Shown here piece by piece: positions 10,548 through 19,974 of a stretch of 64,000 bases of DNA. Under the pieces are notes generated by a model. It did no database searches and was not told the DNA's origin. It worked only from the letters and a program-made list of their open reading frames with translations. Position numbers and translations under genes: made by a program. The DNA is taken from positions 160,001 through 224,000 of the forward strand of contig JAYZEG010000058.1 of NCBI GenBank assembly GCA_036337435.1, written 5' to 3'. Source of the DNA: Myxococcota bacterium (GTDB taxonomy: Bacteria > Myxococcota_A > Bradymonadia > UBA7976 > UBA1532). Every line of letters starts with the position of its first letter. The stretch's first letter is position 1.

Positions 10548-10626
10548 GTAGGACTCAACTCAGAATTAGAGTCGACAGTGTGCTGTAAGCAAGAATCGTT
10601 GGCAAGAGCTGTAGAAGTCTAAATGT

Positions 10627-11346
10627 TCACGCTCGCTGTCTTATGGATCGAACAAGTCCGAAAAGAGCAAGACACGCGGTAAAAACCATCAACAGTACGA
10701 CCACCAGGTCCGTCCAACGATCACTGGGCTTCTGGGTCAGGTCAAAGATAAGTAATTTCTCGGAATCAGGAATCGCCCATCGAATTCTTAACGCGGATTC
10801 CGTCTTCCTTAAGTAGGCCAATTTACTTGGGTCGATAAGCCGTCCGGCATCGTCAAATTCAAAACCGGTGATACTGCCCTTTCGCTCTCGAAAGCGCATG
10901 ACATCGTCTCGATCAGCAGGAATTACACCGATGACGTTGGCACCGACAAGCTTGACGTAATATTTTACACCTTCAAGAGACTCCTTCGTCTCAAATTGGC
11001 CATTGCGAAAAGGTTGCTCGCCGTTTTTCTTGGCTGTCGCCAATGCGCTGAGCTGCCCATTTATACCCTTTAATTTGCAAAAAAGATCGTGTTCTAGACG
11101 GGGCGCAGATCCAGGTTCTTTTGCTTCCTGACTGGGTCTCAGGCTTAAATCACCACAATCCGTCGGTTCTGCGAAGAAAAATGAGGCTTTCGGCCAAGTC
11201 TGATAGGCCAAGAACAACGCGCCGATCAATACTCCGACCAAGATGATTGGATGACGCATCGTGAAGCCGCGCTGGTTTCTAAATCGCTCCATGTCATCGA
11301 TGGCGCGAAAGTCTGCCTCTGACCAGTCACTCTCGTGTTTAGACAT
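10627..11346 (-). CDS. hypothetical two-TM membrane protein
   Basis: ORF with N- and C-terminal hydrophobic helices and two Cys in the loop. Confidence 0.7.
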   Translation of the reverse strand: MSKHESDWSEADFRAIDDMERFRNQRGFTMRHPIILVGVLIGALFLAYQTWPKASFFFAEPTDCGDLSLRPSQEAKEPGSAPRLEHDLFCKLKGINGQLSALATAKKNGEQPFRNGQFETKESLEGVKYYVKLVGANVIGVIPADRDDVMRFRERKGSITGFEFDDAGRLIDPSKLAYLRKTESALRIRWAIPDSEKLLIFDLTQKPSDRWTDLVVVLLMVFTACLALFGLVRSIRQRA

Positions 11347-11496
11347 ATTCAATCTTCCTAGATAGCGTCATCGGCTTTAACCGCCCCAAGAACGATGTTT
11401 TTCATCGAGATGAGACAGCTGTTCGAAGCCAATGTTTCTCGTGTTCAGAGACCAAACAGACGAACCAGCTGATGATAAATCACTCGGTTGTTTAAT

Positions 11497-11943
11497 TCAG
11501 TTAGCGCCCAACGAACTGGTAATTAAAACCCGTTCAGTGAAGCCCGCTGTGTCGCTGACCTCAAACTGAACTTGGAGGCGCGTTCCAGTTTCACCGCAAA
11601 TAATCTGTGGAGTGCTGGCACCACGACGCCACCGGTATTCGACCTCACAGACATCATCTGTTCCGCCACAGTCCGGTAAAGGCTCCAAATCAGTGAGGGG
11701 GACGGTCTCCATATCTAGACTTGTGGCCTCAACAATGGCTCTCACATCAGCGAGGTCATCTGCGCCATCGAGATCGGTGACACGCACTGTGAGAGACGCC
11801 AGCTTAACGACATTGTCAGTTCCAAAGGGGCGACAGGTCGCTGTTGCCTGCGTCACAGTGGGCTTGTTGGGTGGTGCTGGGTCTTCTCCACATCCGCTGA
11901 AAAGGCTCAACGCGATGAAGACTAAAGTAATTTTGTGAAACAT
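11497..11943 (-). CDS. hypothetical lipoprotein (Ig-like)
   Basis: Lipobox FSGC; 'VRVTDLDG' and 'FEVSDTAG' beta strands. Confidence 0.7.
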   Translation of the reverse strand: MFHKITLVFIALSLFSGCGEDPAPPNKPTVTQATATCRPFGTDNVVKLASLTVRVTDLDGADDLADVRAIVEATSLDMETVPLTDLEPLPDCGGTDDVCEVEYRWRRGASTPQIICGETGTRLQVQFEVSDTAGFTERVLITSSLGAN

Positions 11944-12084
11944 AATGGGTCCTGACAGAGCACGATACTAAACTGAAGCAGTAGTCCAGGCGGACTTTAT
12001 TGCACCCTTTGGAAGGATCGCAAGCAAAGAACGGTTTTCAAGGATCGGTTGGCGTAAACGGATATTCAAGATACAGTCCAAATT

Positions 12085-13530
12085 GTGAAGTACTTAGTCC
12101 CAATTATTCTCATGGTCAGTTTGGCCCATTCGACGCCGAAGGCACCGGTCTACTGGAATTATCCCGGTCCTCATGGCGATAAAATTCGGGCTGTTTTAGC
12201 GGTCGAACGCACCGACGAGCACGCCCATCATCTGATCTTGCCAGATGAATTAGATGCTTATCTGAGCGACATACCCATTCCAGCACATTTCGATTGCCTC
12301 GATGATTCAGAGGTATGCGAGTCTGAGACCCAGGGTGTTCTACGCTTGCTTGGGTTTGGAGCCCGAGTCGATGCTGACTCGAGACGGACAGACCAAGGCT
12401 ATGAGGTTACGCTTCGCATGACGCTCGCGGATGGGGTCGATAACAAAGTTTTTAAGGGTAACGGCGAGACCATAGAAGAGGCCTCGGTAAGTGCATTCGC
12501 TGCACTGATTGGACAGGGGACATTACTTCTCGACGTCAACCCGAAAACGGCGTCATTTAGAATCGATGGGCGACCCTACGGCCAAGGCAGTGGACGATAT
12601 CTTATCTCCGCGGGCAAACACACCCTGACCATCGAGGCGGAAAATCATCAGCCAACGGAGGAGCCAATCGAAATTAAGCCCTCAGAAACATTAAAAATAG
12701 TCGCTAAGTTAGCAGCCGCCTTTGGCCGACTGTCACTCAAGACAACGCCTGAGCGAACGACGGTTTTTCTCGACGGCAACGAGTGGGCTAACCCTGCTGA
12801 GCTGAAAGACGTAGAGCCAGGGCAGCACATCATTCGCGTAGAGGCACCCGGATATGAGGCCTTCAGCCAAAATGTGACCATCCGGGCGGGTGTTGAGCAT
12901 GCTTTGAAACTGAAGTTGGTTCCCAGTGAACCCATCTGGCGAACAGCCATGAAAACAACCCATAAAGATACCTATGCGAATCACTGGTATGTCGGTCTTC
13001 AGCTGCACACTGTTTCAGCGAGGGGTGGTGGCATTAATCTGAAGACGACCCAGAACTTCGAGATGAAGACTCTCTCGGAATCGGTCGGGATGCTTGGTCT
13101 CGGTCTGACCGCGGGCTGGCGCAGTAAGCATCTAGAAATACTTGGTTTAGGTTTGAGCTTTCAAAATGGAATAAACGAAGCCAAGGTGATCATGGATGAT
13201 GAAACGCCTGGCCGGCTTGATACCCTGGACCGAACGATGATGCGCGTTGGGTGGATGGGCCTAAGATATCCCCTCTGGCGCGTTGACGCCTACACCTTAG
13301 CCGGTCTCGGATTAGCCTTTGAAACATTCGAGGGCGGCGCGATCAATCGAAACTTCCGAGCGACGACAACCAGGCTGTTTATCGGCAGCGAATTCGGTCT
13401 ACGCTACAGTTTCTCAGAGAGTTGGTTTGCAGGGTCATCGATCATATTGGACTATTGGCCGGACGACAGACCAAGTATCACTTGGACCATGAATGGCGAA
13501 TATGCTTTCGACCTGAATGGACTATTCTAG
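12085..13530 (+). CDS. PEGA-domain protein with putative C-terminal outer-membrane beta-barrel
   Basis: Signal peptide; two PEGA-like repeats ('FRIDG..AGKHTLTIEA', 'VFLDG..PGQHIIRVEAPGY'); amphipathic strands ending YAFDLNGLF. Confidence 0.7.
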   Translation: MKYLVPIILMVSLAHSTPKAPVYWNYPGPHGDKIRAVLAVERTDEHAHHLILPDELDAYLSDIPIPAHFDCLDDSEVCESETQGVLRLLGFGARVDADSRRTDQGYEVTLRMTLADGVDNKVFKGNGETIEEASVSAFAALIGQGTLLLDVNPKTASFRIDGRPYGQGSGRYLISAGKHTLTIEAENHQPTEEPIEIKPSETLKIVAKLAAAFGRLSLKTTPERTTVFLDGNEWANPAELKDVEPGQHIIRVEAPGYEAFSQNVTIRAGVEHALKLKLVPSEPIWRTAMKTTHKDTYANHWYVGLQLHTVSARGGGINLKTTQNFEMKTLSESVGMLGLGLTAGWRSKHLEILGLGLSFQNGINEAKVIMDDETPGRLDTLDRTMMRVGWMGLRYPLWRVDAYTLAGLGLAFETFEGGAINRNFRATTTRLFIGSEFGLRYSFSESWFAGSSIILDYWPDDRPSITWTMNGEYAFDLNGLF

Positions 13531-14502
13531 ATGAAGGTGATGAGATTCACAGTGCCTCCTGTCGGGCTCGTTCTGATGCTCTGCCTGCCCTTTTCGGGAC
13601 TGGCAGAAAAAAGCAAGACACAGTCAGATGATTATCCGAAACACCCCCTCACGACAAAAGCCAAAGATGCCTATAATTCAGGAAAATACAACGAGGCAGT
13701 GCGGTCATTTCGACGCCTGGCAATCTTGTTTCCCGAAAACCCGACTGTCTATCGCGGACTTGCGCGGGCCTTAAGTTGGGCAAACGAACCCGCGTACGCC
13801 TTGCAGGCTTACTGGCACTACCAAGACCTCGCCCCCAGCGCATCGGACCAAGAGAAGGTGAAAGCAGAAATCGAACTCTTACTGAGGCGTGTTAAAAAAC
13901 CGCCATCGCGACACCCATCATCGAAGATCAAAGCTGCGTTTCAGGCTATCGAGGTTCGGGCTAAATCGGGGCGTTTTACCGGCAGAGATGGTGCGTTGGG
14001 AGCCCTTGAGCAAATCATATCGTCGCAGTATTTCGGACCCAAAATAGGCCACGCTAGGCGGCAAATTAGAAAACAGCTCATGGTTCACTCGGACAGAGCC
14101 TCCACCAACTGGTGGCAGGTGACAACCCGGGCCCAACCAAAAACTCTCGTTGAACTCACAAGTGCCTGGGAATTGCTCGATATTGAGACGCTCACAGATG
14201 TTGAGAGAACGACTTTTCTAACCCTCGATGCCATGACACATCTAAGCCATGGAGAAGCACGCGAAGCGGCCAAAATTATTGCACCTGTTGCAGCTGGTCG
14301 CCCACGGGTGCGCTATCTACAAGCGGTCGCGCTCGTTCGGTCAAAACAATATCAGAAGGCGTATGCTCTGCTGAGCGGACTCGCACGGGGTTCAGTCGAC
14401 TCGAGAATTCATATTCTGTTGGGGTTTGCAGCGCAGAAACTCGGTAAGAAAGCTGCATCTGAATCATTTCTCAATGCGCTGAACACTGAGGATGAGCCGT
14501 AA
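13531..14502 (+). CDS. secreted TPR-repeat protein
   Basis: Signal peptide; 'AYNSGKYNEAVRSFRR..FPENPTVYRGLARA' TPR. Confidence 0.75.
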   Translation: MKVMRFTVPPVGLVLMLCLPFSGLAEKSKTQSDDYPKHPLTTKAKDAYNSGKYNEAVRSFRRLAILFPENPTVYRGLARALSWANEPAYALQAYWHYQDLAPSASDQEKVKAEIELLLRRVKKPPSRHPSSKIKAAFQAIEVRAKSGRFTGRDGALGALEQIISSQYFGPKIGHARRQIRKQLMVHSDRASTNWWQVTTRAQPKTLVELTSAWELLDIETLTDVERTTFLTLDAMTHLSHGEAREAAKIIAPVAAGRPRVRYLQAVALVRSKQYQKAYALLSGLARGSVDSRIHILLGFAAQKLGKKAASESFLNALNTEDEP

Positions 14503-16308
14503 TTAAAGCTGCGTGGGTGGGCTCGCATACTGACAATTCTGGATAATATCGGTGGCCTGATTAAGCTTTGGGCTCACCGCGAGCACACGTTTCATGCTTT
14601 TAACCGCTTGAGCACATCGCCCCGACCGATAGGCCAGTTGCCCCTTCTGTAAAGCTCTACGCATACCGATGATTTGGTTGCGAAGGCGTTTGACCGCCTC
14701 ATTGCGCCGATGGGCTTTATGGAGCTTTTCCACAACGACGGCCGCAGCTTCAAATCGACCATCTTTGAGCATGTCTTTAGCCTTACTCAAACGCGCATTT
14801 AATTGCTTTACGGCTTTCTTCTTTTCGAGTTCGGCTCGCCTCTGCTCGCGTTTTGCCCTCGCCGCACGCTCCTTGGCTGCTAATGTTGCTGAATCGTCTG
14901 TTCCAGGCTGTGTGTCTGGGGGCGTCTGATGGGCATCTGCACCTGCTGGGTCCCTTGACATCCTCTTGGTCTGAGAAAACCGAATGTCACCTGCTCTTTT
15001 CGCGCGTTTTTCTCCAGCCAACTTGGGTTTCGTAGACCCGTCATTAAGCCCACGAGTCGCAGGCTCCTCGCGCGTTTGTTCGCTGGTGGCAACCACACCA
15101 GGTTGTTTGGTTTGAACAGCATCACCGTCGTCTTGAAGAGCAAAAGATAGGACTGCAAAAAGACTGAGGGCCGCAACACCTATAGCCGCGAGAACAGACG
15201 GTCGCTTAAGAGTCACTAGATTGAGTTTCATAGTCGTCATGGTGTGATCGTGCTTCGGCCTGTGTCCAGAAACACGCATGACGATAGAATGAAGTCGAGA
15301 CACCTTGGCTTTTTCATCAGCTGACAGCTGACCAGGAACCGTTGGGGCGGGTACCGTAGCTTTATTACCGCGCAGATAACGGTCAAGAGCATCGATCAAC
15401 GCGTGAGTATCTTTGAAACGGCGGTCCGGTTTCTTCTCCAACGCCTTCATCACAATGCCGTCGAGCTCTTTGTCGATTGAGACACCAGGAATCGCATTTT
15501 TTAGCTTAGGTGGTGCATCGTGAGCCTGTTGATGCATGATGCGTAATTTATCTGAACCCGTGAATGGAGGGTCACCGACAAGCAATTCATAAAGCATCGT
15601 ACCCAATGCATAAATATCGCTCCGGGCATCAACTGTTTTACCACGGGCCTGTTCGGGAGCCATGTATTCCGGGGTTCCAAAAACCATTCCGGCTTGAGTC
15701 AACCTTGGTCCATCATCATCGATATGCTTAGCGATCCCAAAGTCCAGTAAGCGAACATGATATCGGCCGGGTCTAATCTCAGTCAAAATCACGTTTTCTG
15801 GCTTGAGATCTCGATGAACAATCCCTTTTTGATGAGCCTGTCCAAGTCCCTGTGCAATTTGAAGAATCAGGTCAGACGCCAGGTTTGGTTGAATGCGGCC
15901 CTGTTCACGAACCAATTTGGCCAATGACACACCAGGACAGTATTCCAACACCATGTAAAAGGTGCCGGTTTCAGTCCGACCAAAATCGTGAAGACTGACT
16001 AGATTAGGGTGACAGACCTGGCCATACGTCAGAGCTTCTTTCTCGAACCTCTGAATCAACTTATCGTCGCCCGCATACCGTTCATGAAGCACTTTAATGG
16101 CTACGCTTTGACCCAATCGAGTATGCGTACCCAAATAAACAGTCCCCATGCCGCCGACACCGATACGCTCTTCGATCCGATACCGGTTGCCGATGGTTAG
16201 CCCGATAAGCGGGTCCACAGGTTTTCCATCTGTCGAGCGTGCAAGCCCGCACCGACCGCAAAAACGGTCTTGTTCGCACAGCTGACGGTCGCATCGAGGA
16301 CACTTCAT
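14503..16308 (-). CDS. Ser/Thr protein kinase with N-terminal zinc ribbon, TM helix and periplasmic TPR-like tail
   Basis: CPRC..FCGRCG; GVGGMG, VAIK, HRDLKPEN, DFG, GTPEYMAPE. Confidence 0.93.
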   Translation of the reverse strand: MKCPRCDRQLCEQDRFCGRCGLARSTDGKPVDPLIGLTIGNRYRIEERIGVGGMGTVYLGTHTRLGQSVAIKVLHERYAGDDKLIQRFEKEALTYGQVCHPNLVSLHDFGRTETGTFYMVLEYCPGVSLAKLVREQGRIQPNLASDLILQIAQGLGQAHQKGIVHRDLKPENVILTEIRPGRYHVRLLDFGIAKHIDDDGPRLTQAGMVFGTPEYMAPEQARGKTVDARSDIYALGTMLYELLVGDPPFTGSDKLRIMHQQAHDAPPKLKNAIPGVSIDKELDGIVMKALEKKPDRRFKDTHALIDALDRYLRGNKATVPAPTVPGQLSADEKAKVSRLHSIVMRVSGHRPKHDHTMTTMKLNLVTLKRPSVLAAIGVAALSLFAVLSFALQDDGDAVQTKQPGVVATSEQTREEPATRGLNDGSTKPKLAGEKRAKRAGDIRFSQTKRMSRDPAGADAHQTPPDTQPGTDDSATLAAKERAARAKREQRRAELEKKKAVKQLNARLSKAKDMLKDGRFEAAAVVVEKLHKAHRRNEAVKRLRNQIIGMRRALQKGQLAYRSGRCAQAVKSMKRVLAVSPKLNQATDIIQNCQYASPPTQL

Positions 16309-16333
16309 TGTATTTCCTACTACCTTTGACTAC

Positions 16334-16362
16334 ATTGTGCAGAAAAGTATTCCAGGAGTCAA
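16334..16362 (-). promoter_or_regulatory. putative sigma70 promoter of the kinase gene
   Basis: TTGACT-N17-CACAAT on the minus strand ~25 nt before the ATG. Confidence 0.5.
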
Positions 16363-16505
16363 CTTTGGTGCCCTCACTTTTTGAATAGCGGTGACACAAA
16401 AACCGCTTCAGACCGAATCGTAATGGTCATTCAGGGCGTGCAATAGGAGGATGAGAATCAGGGCTGTAAACCCTTTGACGGGGTTTGAATTACCACTTTT
16501 AGAGT

Positions 16506-17105
16506 CTAGAAGTCGCCAAAGAGAACCGTCAACTTAACGCCAAGACCATGGGCGATCTTATAGAGAGAGCTTACAGATGCACTGGATTCAGCGCGCTCGA
16601 TCTGACTCAACAAACTTGGCGATAATCCGGTTCGACGCGCCACTTGCTTCAGGGTGAGAGACTTTTCTTTTCTCAGACGCCTCACGATCTGACCAATGGT
16701 CTGATGCAACCGCTCTTCCATGTCGAGAACGATACCTTTTCTCTTCAAGACATCGCTGATTGTGTTACGAAAACTGTCTATATCAAATGGCTTTTTGACG
16801 TAATCAGAAACATCAAGCTTGAGCGCGTCTATCGCTGTTTCGACGGACGGATAGCCAGTGAATACAATAATCGCAATATCTGTATCAACTCGACGAATTC
16901 TCTGGATGAGCTCGATTCCATCGATCTCGGGCATCATTAGGTCGATGACCAATACATGAAACTCTTGCTCTCTAAGCCGATCTAAGACCAGCGAGGGGTT
17001 TGAGATTGTTGTGACATCATACCCAGATGAGCCCAACATCGTCTGCATGTACGCACAGATGTCTTTATCATCATCAACAATCAATATCTTCGCAGCATCA
17101 GCCAT
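16506..17105 (-). CDS. response regulator with XRE-type HTH (DigR-like architecture)
   Basis: REC: ILIVDDD, IDLMMP, FTGY, KKPF; HTH: LTLKQVARRTGLSPSLLSQIER. Confidence 0.88.
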   Translation of the reverse strand: MADAAKILIVDDDKDICAYMQTMLGSSGYDVTTISNPSLVLDRLREQEFHVLVIDLMMPEIDGIELIQRIRRVDTDIAIIVFTGYPSVETAIDALKLDVSDYVKKPFDIDSFRNTISDVLKRKGIVLDMEERLHQTIGQIVRRLRKEKSLTLKQVARRTGLSPSLLSQIERAESSASVSSLYKIAHGLGVKLTVLFGDF

Positions 17106-17211
17106 CGATTAATCCAAAACTCTAAAACAAACACACAGGGCGATTCGGTAGCATGTACTCGAGCGAAATTTCAATCAAACTGTTCAATTGAAACAAGAAT
17201 AACAGGTGGAT

Positions 17212-18549
17212 TTACTGTTCAAATTCACGCTTTAGATTTACGAAACGGCTGTGTTCGATAAAGAACTTCAGTTTGACTGTACCCAAAGGTCCGTTTCGCT
17301 GCTTTGCGACGATAAGTTCAGCGAGCCCTTTATCCTCAGAATCCTCGTTGTAGTATTCATCACGGTAAACAAACATGATGATGTCAGCGTCTTGCTCTAT
17401 CGCACCAGACTCTCGCAGATCCGACATCATTGGCCTTTTGTTGGGCCGACTTTCGACGCCTCGATTGAGCTGCGATAATGCCACAACCGGAATACCCAGC
17501 TCCTTTGCCAAACCCTTTAGGTTCCGGCTGATCTCACTGATTTCTTGTTCACGACTCTTGGCTGTCGGTGAGCGCATCAATTGGAGATAATCGATGAGAA
17601 CAAGACCAAGTGGTGGTAAATTGCGGTCGCTTGCGAGCCGTCGACACTTCGATCGAACCTCCATAATTGTCGAACCAGCTGTATCATCTATCTCGATGGA
17701 CCAATCATTCATACGCCTTACCGCAGCGACAAGTCTCTCGATATCCTGGTTGACCAAATGTCCTGTCCTCATAGAACGAGAGTTGACTTCAGCCTCGCAG
17801 GCGAGCATCCGAGCAGCAAGCTGGGCCGTCGGCATCTCAAGACTAAAAACAGCCACCGTACACCCTGACATCCGTGCAGCATTACTGGCCATATTGAGCG
17901 CAACCGCAGTTTTACCCATACCGGGACGTCCAGCCAGAATGACCAAGTCACCCGGGTTTAGGCCACTGGTCAAGTTATCCAGATCCGTGAATCCCGTGGG
18001 CGTTCCCGTCACCGCAATCTTATTCTCAAAGGCATTTCGGACGTTATCAAGGACGTCTTTGAGCGCATCGTTCATGGCGACGAAACTGCCCTGATTTTGC
18101 TTCGCTCCAATCTCAAAAATCAGTTGCTGAGCCTCGTCGAATAAGATGGTTTGATCCTCGTAATCGCCACCCTGGGCTTTCTCGACAACACTGGTACAGG
18201 CGGAGATCAAGCGACGAAGCTCGGCCAGGTCGTGGACGATCTTCGCATGGTGTCCCACGTTGATTGCGGTCGCAGAAGTTTGGTCTAGGGCCAGCAGATA
18301 TTCCATGCCGCCGATATCTTCAAGCTGACTCTGCTGGTCAAGCCTGGTTGCGAGCGTCACTGTATCGATGGGTTTGCTTTCATCCGACAGCGAGATCATC
18401 GCCTCAAAAATGATTTTATTCTGAGGCAGATAGAAATCGTCATGACCCAGTGATTCAGCCACTCGATCAAGCGCGCCATTATCGAGTAAAATCGCGCCTA
18501 ATACGGCTTGTTCAGCTTCCCTAGCCTCTAGATGGCGACCGACAGACAT
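17212..18549 (-). CDS. dnaB: replicative DNA helicase DnaB
   Basis: EAEQAVLG, GRPGMGKT, FSLEM, IDYLQL, LSQLNR, SDLRESGAIEQDAD; no intein. Confidence 0.98.
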   Translation of the reverse strand: MSVGRHLEAREAEQAVLGAILLDNGALDRVAESLGHDDFYLPQNKIIFEAMISLSDESKPIDTVTLATRLDQQSQLEDIGGMEYLLALDQTSATAINVGHHAKIVHDLAELRRLISACTSVVEKAQGGDYEDQTILFDEAQQLIFEIGAKQNQGSFVAMNDALKDVLDNVRNAFENKIAVTGTPTGFTDLDNLTSGLNPGDLVILAGRPGMGKTAVALNMASNAARMSGCTVAVFSLEMPTAQLAARMLACEAEVNSRSMRTGHLVNQDIERLVAAVRRMNDWSIEIDDTAGSTIMEVRSKCRRLASDRNLPPLGLVLIDYLQLMRSPTAKSREQEISEISRNLKGLAKELGIPVVALSQLNRGVESRPNKRPMMSDLRESGAIEQDADIIMFVYRDEYYNEDSEDKGLAELIVAKQRNGPLGTVKLKFFIEHSRFVNLKREFEQ

Positions 18550-18627
18550 CTCTAGATTCCCCCACTGTGAACGCGATGCAGAGGTATGCCATTAGCTCCA
18601 GGCTGAGCAATGTGCATCCATTGCGAT

Positions 18628-18668
18628 AAAAAAAGACGTGAACTGTGGCGACCAAAGCTGGCCGCCAC
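18628..18668 (-). terminator. hairpin downstream of rplI (possible terminator)
   Basis: GTGGCGGCCA-GCTT-TGGTCGCCAC stem; the T7 run lies 10 nt downstream, which is atypical spacing. Confidence 0.4.
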
Positions 18669-18679
18669 TGGAGGTAAGA

Positions 18680-19135
18680 CTATTCGCTCTCGCTGCGTGC
18701 GACAACCAAAACCTTAATGGTCGCCACAACATCTCGATGAAGCTTAATGCCTAGGTTGTATTCGCCCAGATTCTTGATGTTTTCATCAAGCTGGATCCGA
18801 CGACGGTCGATGGTAAACCCGTTGTCGCGAAGCAAAGCTTCAATCTCCATGGCTGTCACAGACCCAAACAACTTGCCATTCTCACCGGCCGACTTTTCAA
18901 CCGTGATGACAACCTCATTGAGCTTGCTGGCTTCGTCCTCAGCCCCTTTACGAGCTTTTGCGACGCGCGCTTCGATGATGCGCTTTTCATGCTCTACACG
19001 ACGAACTTGACGGTCGTTTGCCTGTACAGCCAGACCACGGGGAAGCAAAAAATTGCGAGCGTAGCCGGCCTTGACTGTAACCAAGTCTCCAACCTCACCG
19101 AGATGATTTACATCCTCACGAAGAATCACTTGCAT
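18680..19135 (-). CDS. rplI: 50S ribosomal protein L9
   Basis: MQVIL..V..LG..GD.V.VKAGYARNFL; GKLFGSVT. Confidence 0.98.
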   Translation of the reverse strand: MQVILREDVNHLGEVGDLVTVKAGYARNFLLPRGLAVQANDRQVRRVEHEKRIIEARVAKARKGAEDEASKLNEVVITVEKSAGENGKLFGSVTAMEIEALLRDNGFTIDRRRIQLDENIKNLGEYNLGIKLHRDVVATIKVLVVARSESE

Positions 19136-19146
19136 CTTGGTACTCC

Positions 19147-19395
19147 TCAGTGGTGATTAATGGTTGTGAAGGGCATGAGAGCCAGCATGCGCGCACGCTT
19201 GATCGCTTGCGTGATCTTACGTTGATTCTTTGCACACAGTCCCGATACTCGTCGGGGAACGATCTTTCCGCGTTCCGTGACGAAATACTTGAGCACTGAT
19301 GGATCCTTATAATCGATGACAAGGCTTTTATCAGCGAGGAATCGGTCTACTTTACGTCGACCACGTCGGCGGCCGTCGAATCGCAAGTCACTCAT
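19147..19395 (-). CDS. rpsR: 30S ribosomal protein S18 (zinc-motif-less)
   Basis: [28 protein letters not shown]. Confidence 0.97.
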   Translation of the reverse strand: MSDLRFDGRRRGRRKVDRFLADKSLVIDYKDPSVLKYFVTERGKIVPRRVSGLCAKNQRKITQAIKRARMLALMPFTTINHH

Positions 19396-19781
19396 GAGGC
19401 CACCTCCTCTGCGGCTGCAGCGTCTTCGTTATCGTCATCGCCCAAAATCGCAAATCGGTCCAAGTGGTCAGGATCAATTTCATCTTCGAGACGAATGGTT
19501 TGGTATCGCAAACAATCGTCTGTGAGACGAAAGACACGCTCGATCTCGTGACTGAGACCAGGCGATGCGATAAATTCGACATAGTAGTAGTACGCTTTGT
19601 TGAACTTTGCGATTTCGTAAGCCAGCTTGCGCTTGCCCCACTCTTCATTTTGAATCAAGTGTGCACCACCATCCTTCAAAATGCCGAGCATGCGGTTCAC
19701 CAAGTGTGTACGCGCATCGTCTTCAGCTTCTGGCTGAATCAAAAACACAAGCTCATAGCGTCTAAGCTTTGCATTTGCCAT
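19392..19781 (-). CDS. rpsF: 30S ribosomal protein S6
   Basis: [28 protein letters not shown] before ATG 19781. Confidence 0.97.
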   Translation of the reverse strand: MANAKLRRYELVFLIQPEAEDDARTHLVNRMLGILKDGGAHLIQNEEWGKRKLAYEIAKFNKAYYYYVEFIASPGLSHEIERVFRLTDDCLRYQTIRLEDEIDPDHLDRFAILGDDDNEDAAAAEEVAS

Positions 19782-19790
19782 GGTATTAAA

Positions 19791-19840
19791 CCTCCCTCTG
19801 GGTGTTTGAGTAGCCCGCAATCTACGTTACGAGCAGGGAG
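19791..19840 (-). promoter_or_regulatory. S6:S18 autoregulatory leader-like RNA
   Basis: CTCCCT/AGGGAG stem sequesters the SD and encloses a GCTCGTAA/TTGCGGGC hairpin, matching the S6:S18 motif topology; CUA replaces the usual CCG. Confidence 0.65.
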
Positions 19841-19856
19841 TGGGCTTTCACCCAAC

Positions 19857-19887
19857 AAAAAAATGTCCCCCCGAAAACCGGAGGGAC
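19857..19887 (-). terminator. intrinsic terminator-like hairpin between hppA and rpsF
   Basis: GTCCCTCCG-GTTTT-CGGGGGGAC followed by A and T7. Confidence 0.7.
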
Positions 19888-19891
19888 GCGG

Positions 19892-19920
19892 ATATTAATG
19901 ATTGTTCACAAAATGATCAA
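19892..19920 (-). promoter_or_regulatory. putative sigma70 promoter of rpsF-rpsR-rplI
   Basis: TTGATC-N17-TAATAT with GC-rich discriminator CCGCG. Confidence 0.55.
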
Positions 19921-19974
19921 GTCTTGCGTCAACACGAGCCGAAATCTTATTTTCGACTGCTTTAATTGCGGAGA

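Noticed and set aside
17212..18549. Intein in DnaB
   Set aside because: Normal 445-aa length with contiguous motifs
18576..18592. sigma54 promoter upstream of dnaB (TGGCATACCTCTGC)
   Set aside because: GG-to-GC spacing is 9 nt, not the required 10
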